Of a stretch of 64,000 nucleotides of DNA, positions 48,770 through 60,718 are shown piece by piece. Where the stretch lies: NCBI GenBank assembly GCA_010093815.1, contig ML996566.1. One strand, given 5' to 3'. A program made the translations under genes and the position numbers. This stretch comes from Pseudovirgaria hyperparasitica (Eukaryota). How positions within the stretch are numbered: the stretch's first letter is position 1; every line of letters begins with the position of its first letter. The notes beneath the pieces were generated by a model. The model saw nothing but the letters and a program-made list of their open reading frames with translations, did no database searches and was not told where the DNA came from.

Positions 48770-51700
48770 GCCAATATGAGAGGCAATTAGCCGCAAGCGG
48801 TGAGGTCTACCAGGTCTTTCGATTGACCTTGGTAGTGATGAGTGATCTCAGACTAGAGCTTGAGCGAGAGACACCGAACAACACAGCCTGTGACTGTGTG
48901 TCCGGAGAGGTGAAGGTCGACCCTCTCCGCGCTAGCTGTCCGATCTTGTTTGACTCGGTCGCGCGCGTGGGTGCTTCGACTGGCAGACTCTGTGAGAGAT
49001 GAAATACCGAATATTTGGTAATGAGATGTGTAGACGAGAGAATGGGTGAAGTTGAAAGTGAAGTCAGGAACGCTTGTTGAGAAGGCAAGTCAGAGGGAGG
49101 GTGTCGCTGGAGCGGTCGCGAGCTGTTACGAATGAGTACCAGAATGATGAGGAAAACGATGGCGGAAAGGTGAGAGAGTGGTGTCGCAGATGAGCAACGA
49201 AATGGGAGGTTTGGTTTGAGGGGAAATCGATTCGGTGGCAATGTCGCACAACGTGGGTGGTGTCTGAACAGGCAGGCGAAAACAGCAGCGACGACGGATG
49301 GAAACAATTTTGCTTACCTTCTAATAGTACCGGTGTGCCTGAGGCGTCGCGGGATCCGCCAAGCAGCGAGGATTCGGTCGTAGGGTAAACGGTGCGCCAA
49401 GTTGAGGGCTTTACCGCAGCTCGAAAACAGAGAAGCGCGAGAGCGAAAAGGGAGCGAGACAGCAGACCGAGAGATATGAGGAGGTGAAGAGTAAGTGAGA
49501 AGAGATAGGTGGCAGGGTAGTAGTAGCAGAAGAGAAAATCAGAGAGAGTGGTTTTTGTTTGGAGTGTGGAGGAGTGGCACGATGGATACCCGCAAAGATA
49601 ATTTTCAACTGCTGAAGACCGAGGAGTGCCCGTTGTGCGTTATGTGTGCTCGTGAGGTTTTTCAATTTCGCCGTGCTCAGTTGTGCACCGGCTGTGCCAG
49701 ACTGTACCCGCCCGCTCTCCCCAACTTGGATGCCACATAGCCCGCGGGCCGGCAGCCTTGGTGTGTTAATACGACTACGGTAATAATTGTTAACCAGGTA
49801 CTAATAAGTGTTAAGGCTTCGACCTCATTCATTCTGCATCATTTATCCACTAATAATCACTAATTGTCACCTAAGAGGGCATTCAACGTTAGGATAGCCC
49901 ACTCAATAGGCTCATTTCGGCTTTCATTCCAACATCCTCGGCCGTGGCTCTCTCTCACACACACTCTCTCTCTCTCTCTTTCTTCTCTCCATTCGCGCAC
50001 CATTGAACTTTTGCTATAATCCTTCGTATCCCCTGGAATCAAAACTCTTACTGAAACACTTCAAGTATGTGCCTGTCTCTCACTTGTCATTTTTCTCCTT
50101 GGCTTCCATTCGGCATAATTCACGCGGAGAAATGAGTTACCTTAGCTGCCTGACAAGCCAAGGCGCTAAGTGTCCCAGTTCATGTCGTCATCTCCAGCAG
50201 CACGTGAGAAGTCGATACTCAGTACCAACTCCTATCTACCTTTTTTATTTATTTTATATGATTCTTCACTTGCTGTGTCTGCAATCAGCTGCATTCAGGC
50301 GTTTCCCGTTACGAGACATCGGGACACGTCCCCTCGTTCTCGGTGGTCAGGTGAATTGTGTTAATTGTGTCACTCACACGCGTTATCTGTCCTACACGTC
50401 GTATGGTGACGCTGCTGCAGATGTGGCGCTCATCATTGTCCTCTTTTCACCCCAGACGCCTGTCAGCTCGCTGGTCGCAGAGTCCTCCTGTTATGAAGTT
50501 GAATGCAGTGATCATAGCGTCGTCCTGCATCAAGCATATCACACATCTCAGGCAGTCCTAAGTTTCTCCGACTTGCATTCCACTCGGCCCACATCAGTCA
50601 TGATCTACTGTTGAACCCAAACCTTGCGTGGGAAATGAGACTGCGAGAACGACGACATTGTATGGTAGATTGTAAGAAAGGTTGCGAGCGTGGGATAAGT
50701 CACCTTTCAAAACAAAGAATATTGGTGCCGTTGAGGAAGAGCATAATGAAGAGTGATGATAGGGAGTAAGAGTAGTGACTTGGGGGTGTAGCGGAGATGG
50801 TATCAATATCTATGGTCGTATCAGACCGAAAGTATGGTATTGTCGAGGCGCCGTCGGTGGTCACAGTACGTCTGGCTCTTCATTCACATATCGATATGCT
50901 AGACCTAGGAGCGATTTTTAGTACATCTGGGTCTCTTTATGGGAACTGGCAGCCTTTCATCGTGGAGACTATCAATCATCTATGTGGTGCGAAACGATGA
51001 TATATCCAGTCCGATCAGACTTACACGAAAACCGACTCTCACGCACATTATGTCCTTCTAATCCTCCAGCTTCCGTCCATCAGCAAGTTTGAACGTAGCC
51101 TCGAACAGATGGAATTTCATAAAACTCTGTAGCCAAGACTCATAAAGAGAGCCTATCATCGATGTACGTCAGGTCTTGAGGGATCTATGAGACCAACATC
51201 CTGGCTCCACGTTGTATCTAGGACATCTCACGACACAAACGTCTTCCTTTGCCCTGCATGCGTTGTTCTGATTCACATGGCACAGTTTGTTTTCGTAATA
51301 GCGATTAGTTTGTGGTTTCGGTAACGAGCTTGAAAACTACATGGCGGTGTTCTAAATAATTTGTCATTCGGTGACTTGTGTCCACTGGTCTGTGAGGTGA
51401 TGTGCGTGAGAGAAACAAGCCACGGAATGGTAGTAGGAGACGGTATATGTCTAGGTAGTGGTTCATGTACAGCTACGAAAGCATTGGCTGTTGTCTTCCT
51501 ATCCCTCACTCTATGTAAGGTGTTGGTATTGTTTAGCCACTGTCACTTTCTGCATTGTTGACACACGAGTGAAACTGCCGTGCCATGATATTGAGACAAG
51601 TGCCATGATGGCATTTTCTTCTGCTGATAAGATACACAATACTCTGCCCTTAGCTTTATAGTCGCCTATGTACTTTCACGCCTGATTACCAACATGCGTT

Positions 51701-51793
51701 GATTTGAAAAACATATACATTGAATTTCGACATGTCTAAACCGAGATCATGTTCGAGCCAAACAAGCGTTCAGTATTACATAGTGTTATACAA

Positions 51794-53983
51794 TCAAACC
51801 ACTTTGATATCCCCGAAAAATCTGCCTACCGCCTTCTCTCCCCTCCTGTCTCTCCCTCTGTCCCTTGCACTTTCTTGATGTTGCCTCCTCGGCTCTTCAC
51901 CAACGCCACCCCTATCGCTCATCATCGAGGGACTATTCCGCCCCTGCTGCCTGAGATACTGAGCATAGAGCCTCGAATTCTCAGCCTTTGACACGTCCCT
52001 TCCGTGCGCTGACTCCATCCCGCTATCCTCAGCCGGGCGCCATTTCGCCTGCGGCTTATGCTCGATACCGCCATTAATCCGCCCTGTAAAGTCCTCTCGC
52101 TCCACCATGACGACCATCCACACGCCCACCTTGTTGTCCGAGCCCAGGAGCGGCGTGCAGTGAATCCAGCGCGTCTTGGACTCAACAATGTTGGGCCCGA
52201 ACTTTCCATGCAGCCATTGGATTTTGGCTGTTACGCCGACGCCACGGTCGAACGCTTTGGCGACTTCGGCGCGCACGTGCGCCGGACCGCCGACGCGTGA
52301 GAGGAAGTTTGATTGGAGGAGTCCAGGGACTCGGAGAGAAGCGGATGTGAATACTATACGTAGAGAAGGGGATGGGCGCACGAGGAGGTACTGGACAGTG
52401 TTAATAATGCGGTTGAGCGCACGGGGAGAGAGAGGTCTTACGTTTTTGTATACTCCTGGCAATCGACCAGAGGATCCGAAGCGTGCTGGTGGGTATAGAG
52501 CCTCATCAGAGTCGTCGTCGAGACCAACGTACTTGTGGTTGGGATGATGGTTCTTCCTCGCACCACTAGAATTCGGGCGCGTGCTGGGGGCTGAGCCACG
52601 GGCGTCCTGCTGCACTGCCCTTAGCTCTTCATCGCTCAACATGCGTCCGAGCATTCTAAGGTGTTTGAGTGATTCTTTCGGGGTAGCTTCTGACTGTTCT
52701 TTCTGGCCTAATCTGTCGTGCATCAATAGGCGTTGGAATGACTCGAGACCTCGCCCGCCGTCTACCAAATTTGTCACATCGACTTGGCAGCCGATGAAGT
52801 AGCGCGCTTGAAGGTTATTGTCGTGGAGAGGCGCAACAAGGAGAAGGTTGAGGAATGGTGTACCTTCGCGACGGCTGAAGATGTTAGCGCAAATACCTAC
52901 AGATGCCATGGAACTATGAACTGACTAATTCAGTAATGTCTCGCACAGCTCTTGTCCCTTGTCTATGGCTTCCTTGATCCTTCTTAGGGTCGCTTGGGAG
53001 CTTTTCGGGCCTTGTAGAAAGCGACAATTCTTGCCGATAGTGTATTTGCGTCCGTACTGGGTGGTGCGCGTGAACTCTGGTTGCGATAATCAGTAAAGTT
53101 CCCACGATAGATTTGCGTGACTCTAACCTTCTGAACAGTATACAATGGGGTTATCAGGCTGAGTTGGATCTGTCATGCAATATACTTCTGCAACTCCCTG
53201 TACAAGATCCTGCATAATCGGCGTGTTCGAACCTGTGATTTCCTTGACAAGACATTCTGTCACCACCTGTGTTAATTGATGGGTTATGTAGACCGGAAGA
53301 GCTTCCTCCACCAGTGTTTGCAAGAGCTGATCAGCAGTGTCTTCGAGGCTGGGGTTAATGCTGACTGCGCCCTTGTTCCCACCGCGAGGAGACAGATCCA
53401 TACTGATACGTTGCGCAATTATTGCGTTAGCGTAACGTGCAGCGGCGATTGCCTTTTGGGAGTCGAGGTATCGTATCAGGAGCGGCACCAGTTGTGGTTG
53501 ATAGCGATTGAGAAAAATGGTGAACTTGTGGAATAAAGCGTGGTCTTCAAGGATAGATTTGAGGTGGTCAACAGAGAACAAACGTTCGGCAAGCATTTCT
53601 GCATCTGACTCTGTTACCGTTGGAGGAGGTGGCCTCAAATCAAAGGTCTCTGGTTCGTGATAACGCGACTTGTCATGATCATAGGCCTCAGATTGCGGTA
53701 GTCCTGGGGGAGGTTCCTCATACAAAGGCTGATCCATGTCTTGACTTGGATCTGTCTCATTTGAGTCCTCCTCGTAGCCATCAAAGATCGATACAGCCCG
53801 TACGCTCTGACTAGACCTTGGAGACATTTGGCCGGGCGCTTGCAAATCATCGAAAGCATCGTCTCGTAGTAACTGGTCATCGAACTCTGTGTTTTCTATC
53901 GCTGGTGACATGATTGGACTGCTAATTCGATGCAATAATGGAGGAGTGGAAGACCTTGGCCTCGGGCTTTGTTGATAGGTCAT
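51794..53983 (-). CDS. LOV-domain blue-light photoreceptor, RGS-LOV-DUF-like architecture
   Basis: Spliced LOV domain: VYCMTDPTQPDNPIVYCSEEFTRTTQYGRKYTIGKNCRFLQG...LLNYRREGTPFLNLLLVAPL..YFIGCQVDVT. N-terminal helical RGS-like region (FTIFLNRYQP..L..YLD); C-terminal PAS-like DUF (YLLVRP..LRIVFTS...RWIHCTPLLG..VGVWMVV). Three introns. Confidence 0.88.
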
Positions 53984-55644
53984 GTCTTTGGATAGCCTAT
54001 CATTCCACAGTAAAAGCTACTGCTGGTTGTATGTACAGGACCGAATTCTTCGAGAACAACACGTGTTTTCAGAGGGAGGCACACTATCTTAAAGGACGAC
54101 CAAGACCATAAAAAGTAGGGTGACGGCAATCAAGCGACTACGTCACAGGAGACTATTTAGCCTGTCAAAGTCTAAGTCGGCTTTGACATCTGTCGGCAAA
54201 ACGGTCGGATGGCTCACAGAGAAATCTGATAGAATGTACCAGGTCATGCATGCCAACCGATCTGCCGCTTGTGAGGATGGCCCTAGTCATGCAAGATAGA
54301 AGGACTCCGGACCGGACTGGAGGAAAAGTGATAGCCCCGTCGAATGGGAATTATTGGCGCAGCTCAACTATATGCATTAAGTCTCTCTTGTCCGGTGGTG
54401 GCGTGTGAGTCTGCATGCCACACGTGTGAGGACGTCGGCCTTGACCATAAAATCTACCAACATGGTGGGCTGACATCAGACCCCAGATGATATCATCGCG
54501 AGTGTCAGTATACTCAGACAAGACCCGCCCATGTTATCTTTTCTTAGTAACGATATGGATAGAATGATGCGATAATAGACCCTGGAGCCGACGACAAGGT
54601 TTCCATGTCATACAAATCCGGGTCGCGCTGGAGTCCGCTCCGTGTGTGCCATCGTCCAAGTCCAGTTAACCAAGGATGAACGTAACAGTACCACACCGGC
54701 CCGATACCGAAGGACGAAAGAGATTAGACTGGTGCGTGTGGTGAGGCTGGACCGGGCGTCATGCTGTGGGTTATTGTGTTACCAACATTGAGAACCTCAT
54801 TTGATGAGGGACGTTCGATGGTTTGGGCGTCAGATTCTTGGATGGGTCCACACGTACCTGTCAAACGCTGAATGTCAAGCGATCATATGCAGGGAGTAGC
54901 CATTATCGACATCTAGATCCGAGGGTCGTCAGGCACTGTCAACGCCAGCTAGGTTAGTAGACAGGCATTGCTTGTGTTTGCTCAGGCACACAAATTCTCG
55001 AGATGTTGGAAAGTCTGAAGATTGATTTCGTTATTGATGCAGATATAAGTGAGCACGGCGGAAGAGGTCCAGTGTATGAGGTTGAATGGTTCACTTCGGT
55101 GTTGTCAAAGCGGTGTCTTGTAGATTGGAGTGGTATTGAAGAAAGGATGTCGAGGTGGAAGAGCATTGAATTACGACGCTAAGCCTATCAAGTACTAGAT
55201 CTTGATCCATCTCATACCCGTGCTGATCCATCTTGATCTTATCCTCACCCTCATACTTCTCTCCTGGTCACAACCCAAACACCACATTTCTGTGATCGCG
55301 TTCATGCAGACATGTTTGTCATAGTCCATCGGTTTAGTTAAGCGTACAGGAAAATACCAACAGGAGGATGATCTGTTGACACGAACAGCACAATATCTAA
55401 TACACTATATGCAAACTCTCATATCAAATCTAAACAGCTTCGATCCCCGATCACGACGAAAGGAATCAAAGATCTCGGGAGACAACACTTTCTATCAGGC
55501 CATATCCCCCTTGTCTGGACTGACACCATGTACCGCGATACGCCATATTAATGCTAACCCGGGAACGCCTTTGCCCAGCAGCTCTAACCTATACTAGCGT
55601 CCATCATTCGATCATTCGACCGCAGATCCTTGATCAAAAAGTCT

Positions 55645-57826
55645 TCACTTGCTAAACATATCCACCTCGTACCAGCTATCGCCATTAGGACACTGAACAC
55701 TGTTCTCCTTCAATCCCAACACCTTCTCGATTGTTGCTTCGCCGCATCTTTTCGAAATCGTCAAGGCAAATTGCCAATAGGACCAGTTATCGGCTGCGCT
55801 GCCGTCCTTGAATTTGTAGGGGTTGCTCTGGTCTTCGTTTTCAAATTGCCACTTGTCTGTTCCGGATGCTTTCTCGCATTTGTCCAGCTCACTCTTTAGC
55901 TTCTTGCCCCACTGGTCGCCCTGCTCGTATGCCGAAAGCTTCAGGTTGAAATTATACTGCCAAGCACCGCCATCGGAGCGCCGACAAGCGAGGTGGAGAT
56001 ATCCCAAGTGCTGGTTATCGGCAGGGAAGCCATCATGCTTGGAACCGCCAGGACCTTCAGTGTTGATGTCACGGACGCCGATTTGGTAAAATTCGTAATT
56101 GGCTTCTGTTTGCAGCCTGCGCGAATGCATTAGTCGGTGTCATGCTCCTGAACAAACGAAAGAGAAAACTTACCACGCCGATTCCTTTGTCTTCCCGTGT
56201 TGAGTCAGGAGCTGCTCAGTGGCCTGGTAGCAATTGCTACCGTCTTGGGTCGCGTAAAGGTAGAGCTCCTTATCATTAGAGATCTTGACTGAATAGGCGC
56301 ACCCTTCGTCTCCTACTCGAGTAGCTCGGACGAACTGCGACGGAACATCCGCAATAGCACTGGCATCGCAGATGTTCTGACAAGTCTTGTCTCGGAGCCG
56401 ATAGTACATATCAGTAATGTCATGCTGTTTGCCGTCGCCTAAGATCCAGTACTTGGGAAAGTTGGCGCTCAGCTCCCCTTGAGTACCAATCGCAGGATTT
56501 GATGGCAAGGGTGGCTTGATGGTACATGTACCTGCAGACAAGTCGACAATGTCAGCTCCCTGACCGATGTTCAACTGCTTCGCCCGAGTCTGTGCCATGT
56601 GGAAGAATATCTTGCTGGCTATAATAGCATGGCCCTTCTTCAGCGGATGGAACACACGCGCCCAGTTGTCTGGAATCGGGAGCGAAATGAGCGATTGTGG
56701 CTTAGGATCAGAGTCCGACATATTGGCTTTGATTGTGTCCTGGCCTTCCTTGATCAAACCTTGGACTTGAGCTTCGAAAGAGCCCTCGGGGAACCCATCC
56801 TCGTTCTGGCGCTTCTTCTTACTGCTCTCTGTGGTCCCGTCCTGGTACACGTCAGCCAAGCTGAGAGGCACTGAGAGGATGAATGGAGACTTACCAGATA
56901 GAACATTAGTTGATCACGGTTTGGCTGCGGCTCCTGTACTCCAGGCATGCAATATCGGCCCTCAAACGTTCCAAAAGCACTATCCCACTCAACTACCACG
57001 AATTGAGACCCAGCACGCTTGACAGCCTGTCGTATCTGTTCGTTGACCAGGTCGACTAGCTCATTCATGGCCTTTCTGCGGTCTACCGTAAGATACTGCC
57101 AATTCAGCCAGTTCACGGGGAATGTGAACCAATGCCAGGACACTTTGTCGCAATCGTTTGAGGTCTCATCGAAAAAGCGACCATAAGAAGTGACATAGAC
57201 AGTGCCTTGCCCAACTTTACCTTTAAGCTTGCCATAAAGAGAGTCAAGGTTTTTCGGCAGAGTGTTCTGGATGAGGTCCTTTGAATTGGCAATTGTCTTT
57301 TCACATCCGATCTTAGGATTCCAGGTGTAGACACACTCGTTCAGCAAGTCTACGAGGCCGACATCGTTGCCACCGGACGACACAGTAATCATGTCATATC
57401 CGCTAGACAACTGCGCGACTTGTTTCTCAACATCTGGACTCTTGGCACCCGAGCAAGCCAAGAACTCGAATGTTTGCGTGCCGCTCATACGTGGCGACGA
57501 ATTGAGCAGATTAGCATAAGAGCTATCGTATCGTGAGCACGAGTAGTCGATTCTGTTTCCTGCGCCAATTCCTGCCTATAGACTTCATTAGTGCAAGGTC
57601 CAGCGACGAGGGCTTAAAACTACCGAATACTTACAGCATAGGAATCCCCAACTGCGGCCCATTTCTTGATCCAGGATTGCTCATTTGCATTCTGCTGGGT
57701 TTGTCGGCGCTGAAGACCGAATATGTTTCTTGGCAAAGAGATTCCCGCTGCGGCTGGGGCTGCAAGAGTCTCTGGGATTGCGAGCAATAGCAAGAAAGCT
57801 TGCAGGGTGGACGAAGACCACTGCAT
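55645..57826 (-). CDS. Secreted SGNH/GDSL hydrolase (SEST-like) with long Cys-containing C-terminal extension
   Basis: Signal peptide MQWSSSTLQAFLLLLAIPETLA; blocks GDSYA|AG, ACSGA, SGGNDVG, VFHP. Four exons join in frame (introns 57634-57576, ~56894-56843, ~56173-56117). Confidence 0.85.
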
Positions 57827-58405
57827 CGTAACAAGGAGAAGATAAGTGAATGAAGATTAGAGTAAAGAAACAATGGTTTTGGTGGTTGGATTGGTGCTTG
57901 AGAGTGGTGATCTTGTCGGCGTGCAAAGGAACTCCACCATTTATACATATTGTAAGTTGACTCTGGTAAACAAGGCAATCTCTATTTCGAGAGTCGATAA
58001 AGCCCAGATACGAGATCTCACCTCATAAACACAAGGCTGAAACTGATGGTACCTGAGAGCCATGATGAATAATCAAGCCACATCCCGGAACAAACGCTCT
58101 GATTGGCTACCGACCATCTATATCGGGGTCGTGGAGGCTGTGGACATGCTTGTATCACGCTTATGCATCCGCGCACTGGACAAGGCAACATTTTTCTAGA
58201 AGCCCTGCTAATTTAGTACCTGTCAGCTCAAAATGGAATTCAGCTACGGAAGAATTTGATAAATTCAAAGAGAATAAAGCTTCGTAGGTAGTCCCTTTCG
58301 TTCAACAAGTCACTCGCTCTTCTCTAGATTTCCAAGTCTTTCTCGTCTCTCTGCCTCAAGCTTTGTATTTCCTCCTTTCTATCTTTCCTTCATATCACCG
58401 CCACC
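57827..58405. promoter_or_regulatory. Shared divergent promoter region of the SGNH hydrolase and the deaminase-like secreted protein
   Basis: Divergent ATGs about 580 bp apart; minus-strand TATAAA near 57945; pyrimidine-rich tract upstream of 58406. Confidence 0.5.
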
Positions 58406-59167
58406 ATGCTCCATCGCCTCTTCTACATCCTCCCTCTTCTCTCGACCCTCACATCCGCCCAACGCTGGGGGGTCCGAGAAGACTCCCCTCCAGCCGAGAC
58501 CCACGAGAACGTACAAATCACCCATTACTCCTCGGCCGTCACAAAGATCATCACCACCAACCCAGCGCAGGACCTCGACTTCACAAACGCCCAGGCCCTC
58601 ACCGATGGTATGCTCTACCAAATCGCGCTCGAGGCCGCCGCCGAAAAAGACGACCTGGCCGAGGCCGCCGGCACCATCGACAGCGTCCCGCCCGCCCTGA
58701 CAGTCATGCAAGCCGGCTCCGAGATCTACATCTCCTCGTCCATCAAGTTCAATGCGCCCGGCTTCATCACCACCTTCCCCTCGTCGCCCGCCAGCCTCGT
58801 TCTCGCACAGTGCTGCGCACTAGGCCGCTCGTTTGGCCTCGACGATCGCTCGAGCTCGAACCATCGCAGCGAGGGCAACTGTGGCGAGCCCGGTGCCGTG
58901 CACATGTGGTTCAAGCAGCACAACACGAACGACTTTGCGAGGTTCCCGCAGAACGGGCGCATTGTGACCGTTGGGTGGTATAATGGCGAGTACTCGATCT
59001 GGAACCCGTGTGGAAATAATGATGATCCTACGACGGGAAATGCGAGGGCTGATTGGGGATGTACGCGGTTTATACAGGAGTTTGGTCTGACGGCGCTGCC
59101 TGCGGGGACGCAGGCGCAGCAGGTGCCGGACGATTGGTATATTCAGACTAATCAGATCTGCCTATAG
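58406..59167 (+). CDS. Small secreted protein with putative Zn-dependent deaminase-like motif
   Basis: 253-aa intronless ORF with strong GC3 bias; signal peptide MLHRLFYILPLLSTLTSA; motifs HRSEGNCGE, RIVTVG, PCG..(x16)..C. Confidence 0.8.
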   Translation: MLHRLFYILPLLSTLTSAQRWGVREDSPPAETHENVQITHYSSAVTKIITTNPAQDLDFTNAQALTDGMLYQIALEAAAEKDDLAEAAGTIDSVPPALTVMQAGSEIYISSSIKFNAPGFITTFPSSPASLVLAQCCALGRSFGLDDRSSSNHRSEGNCGEPGAVHMWFKQHNTNDFARFPQNGRIVTVGWYNGEYSIWNPCGNNDDPTTGNARADWGCTRFIQEFGLTALPAGTQAQQVPDDWYIQTNQICL

Positions 59168-59437
59168 ACGATGGTGTGGGTGTTGGATAGTGTTTTGAAG
59201 TGTTGGGTGTTGTGTGTGTAATATTTCATAACGTTGAGTCTTGGGTATGACGGGAGGGCAGGGGGAGTTCTTGCTTTACATAGAAGGGGTTAGTAATATT
59301 CTTACTCTCGAGATTATCTACTGTTACTGTCTCGGCACTCTGTTTGCTAAGTGCTACTGTATGTGATATGCCACATAGAAGTGCTGCAATAGCAGTCAAC
59401 ACAGCACTCAGTCCCCATCTGACCCCTGACCAACCCC

Positions 59438-60718
59438 CTACCACACCAAGACCCCCTTGATAACCTCCCCCTTCTCCATCGCCTCCCTCGCCGCCGCAAA
59501 CTCCCCAACCGGATAATTCCGCAACAGTTTCTCCACCGGCAGGAACCCCTCCTTACACCACCGCACCAGCTCCGGCAACGCCTCCACCGGATCTCGATCC
59601 CCCTCAATCACACCCACAAGCCGCCGCCCATGTACCATATGCGCCAGCGTATCCAACTCCAGCCTCGCCCCAACGGGCTTGACACCCACCTGCAGCACCG
59701 TCCCATTATTCGCCACGGCCTCCAGACACGCGCCCAGCACCACCACACTCGGACTCGTATCCAGCACATGCGTCGCACCCCGCCCACCCGGCGTAAGCGC
59801 CCGAATCGCACCCTGCAAATCCGTCCCGCGCGCCTCCAGTTCCGCAGGCGCCGAATGTAGGCCATGTGTTGCGCCTAGCGTACGTGCCAGCTCGACGCGC
59901 GCCGGCACCAGATCTGCCGCGATGATGGTCTGGACACCTAGATGTTTGGCGGCGCAGATGGCGGCTAGACCGACGCCGCCCAGGCCGACGACGGCGAGCA
60001 CATCGGACGGGGTGCAGCGGGCAACGTGTGTGATTGCGCCGGCGCCGGTCATGATGCCGCAGCCCAGGGGCGCGTAGGCGATGAGGTCGTGGGCGTTGCG
60101 GACGAGGGCGGAGACGTTTGCGGCGCAGGTGGCTTTGACGGGGGTGGGCGAGGCGAAGGAGGATTGGCCGAAGTAGCCGCCGCCGATGACGCGGGAGGGG
60201 TCGGCGGCGAGGACGAAGTTTGGGTCGTTGGCGTGGAGGGTTACGGCGGCGTGGGAGGTGCAGTAGGCTGGGTGGCCGGTGGTGCAGTAGTGGCAAGACT
60301 GGCAGGAGGCGGCGGAGAGGATGACGAGGTCGCCTGGCTTGAAGTTCTTTTCGAGAGACTTGGAGCCGAGGCGGAGGATACGGCCGGCGCCTGGGTGAGG
60401 GTGTTAGAGATGTTTGAGATGGTGTTGAGGGGGCAAGGGGAGGAGGGGAAGTCGGGTTGGATATCTTCACTTCGGAAGGACAGGATTTCGTTGTAACGGG
60501 GATGTTGAAGGGGGAACGAGCACTGACTGACCTTCATGGCCCAGTACGCGCGGATATATGCCTCCATAACCTGAGATGTCGGTATGGCAGACGCCGGTGG
60601 CGATCATTTCGACCATGAATTCATCTTCATGGGGCTCACGAGTGAGGAGGTCTTCGAACTTCCAGTCATGCTCGGAGTAGGCAACAATGCCCTTGCACGG
60701 GACGGTATATTGGGACAT
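59438..60718 (-). CDS. Zn-dependent MDR alcohol dehydrogenase (aryl/benzyl-alcohol DH-like)
   Basis: GVCHTD, LGHEG (across intron 60531-60391), structural Zn SCQSCHYCTTGHPAYC, FGQSSFA, PLGCGIMTGAG, Rossmann GLGGVG. Confidence 0.92.

Noticed and set aside
58252..58266. Palindrome GAATTT-GAT-AAATTC in the divergent promoter
   Set aside because: AT-rich 6-bp arms are expected by chance; no further support.
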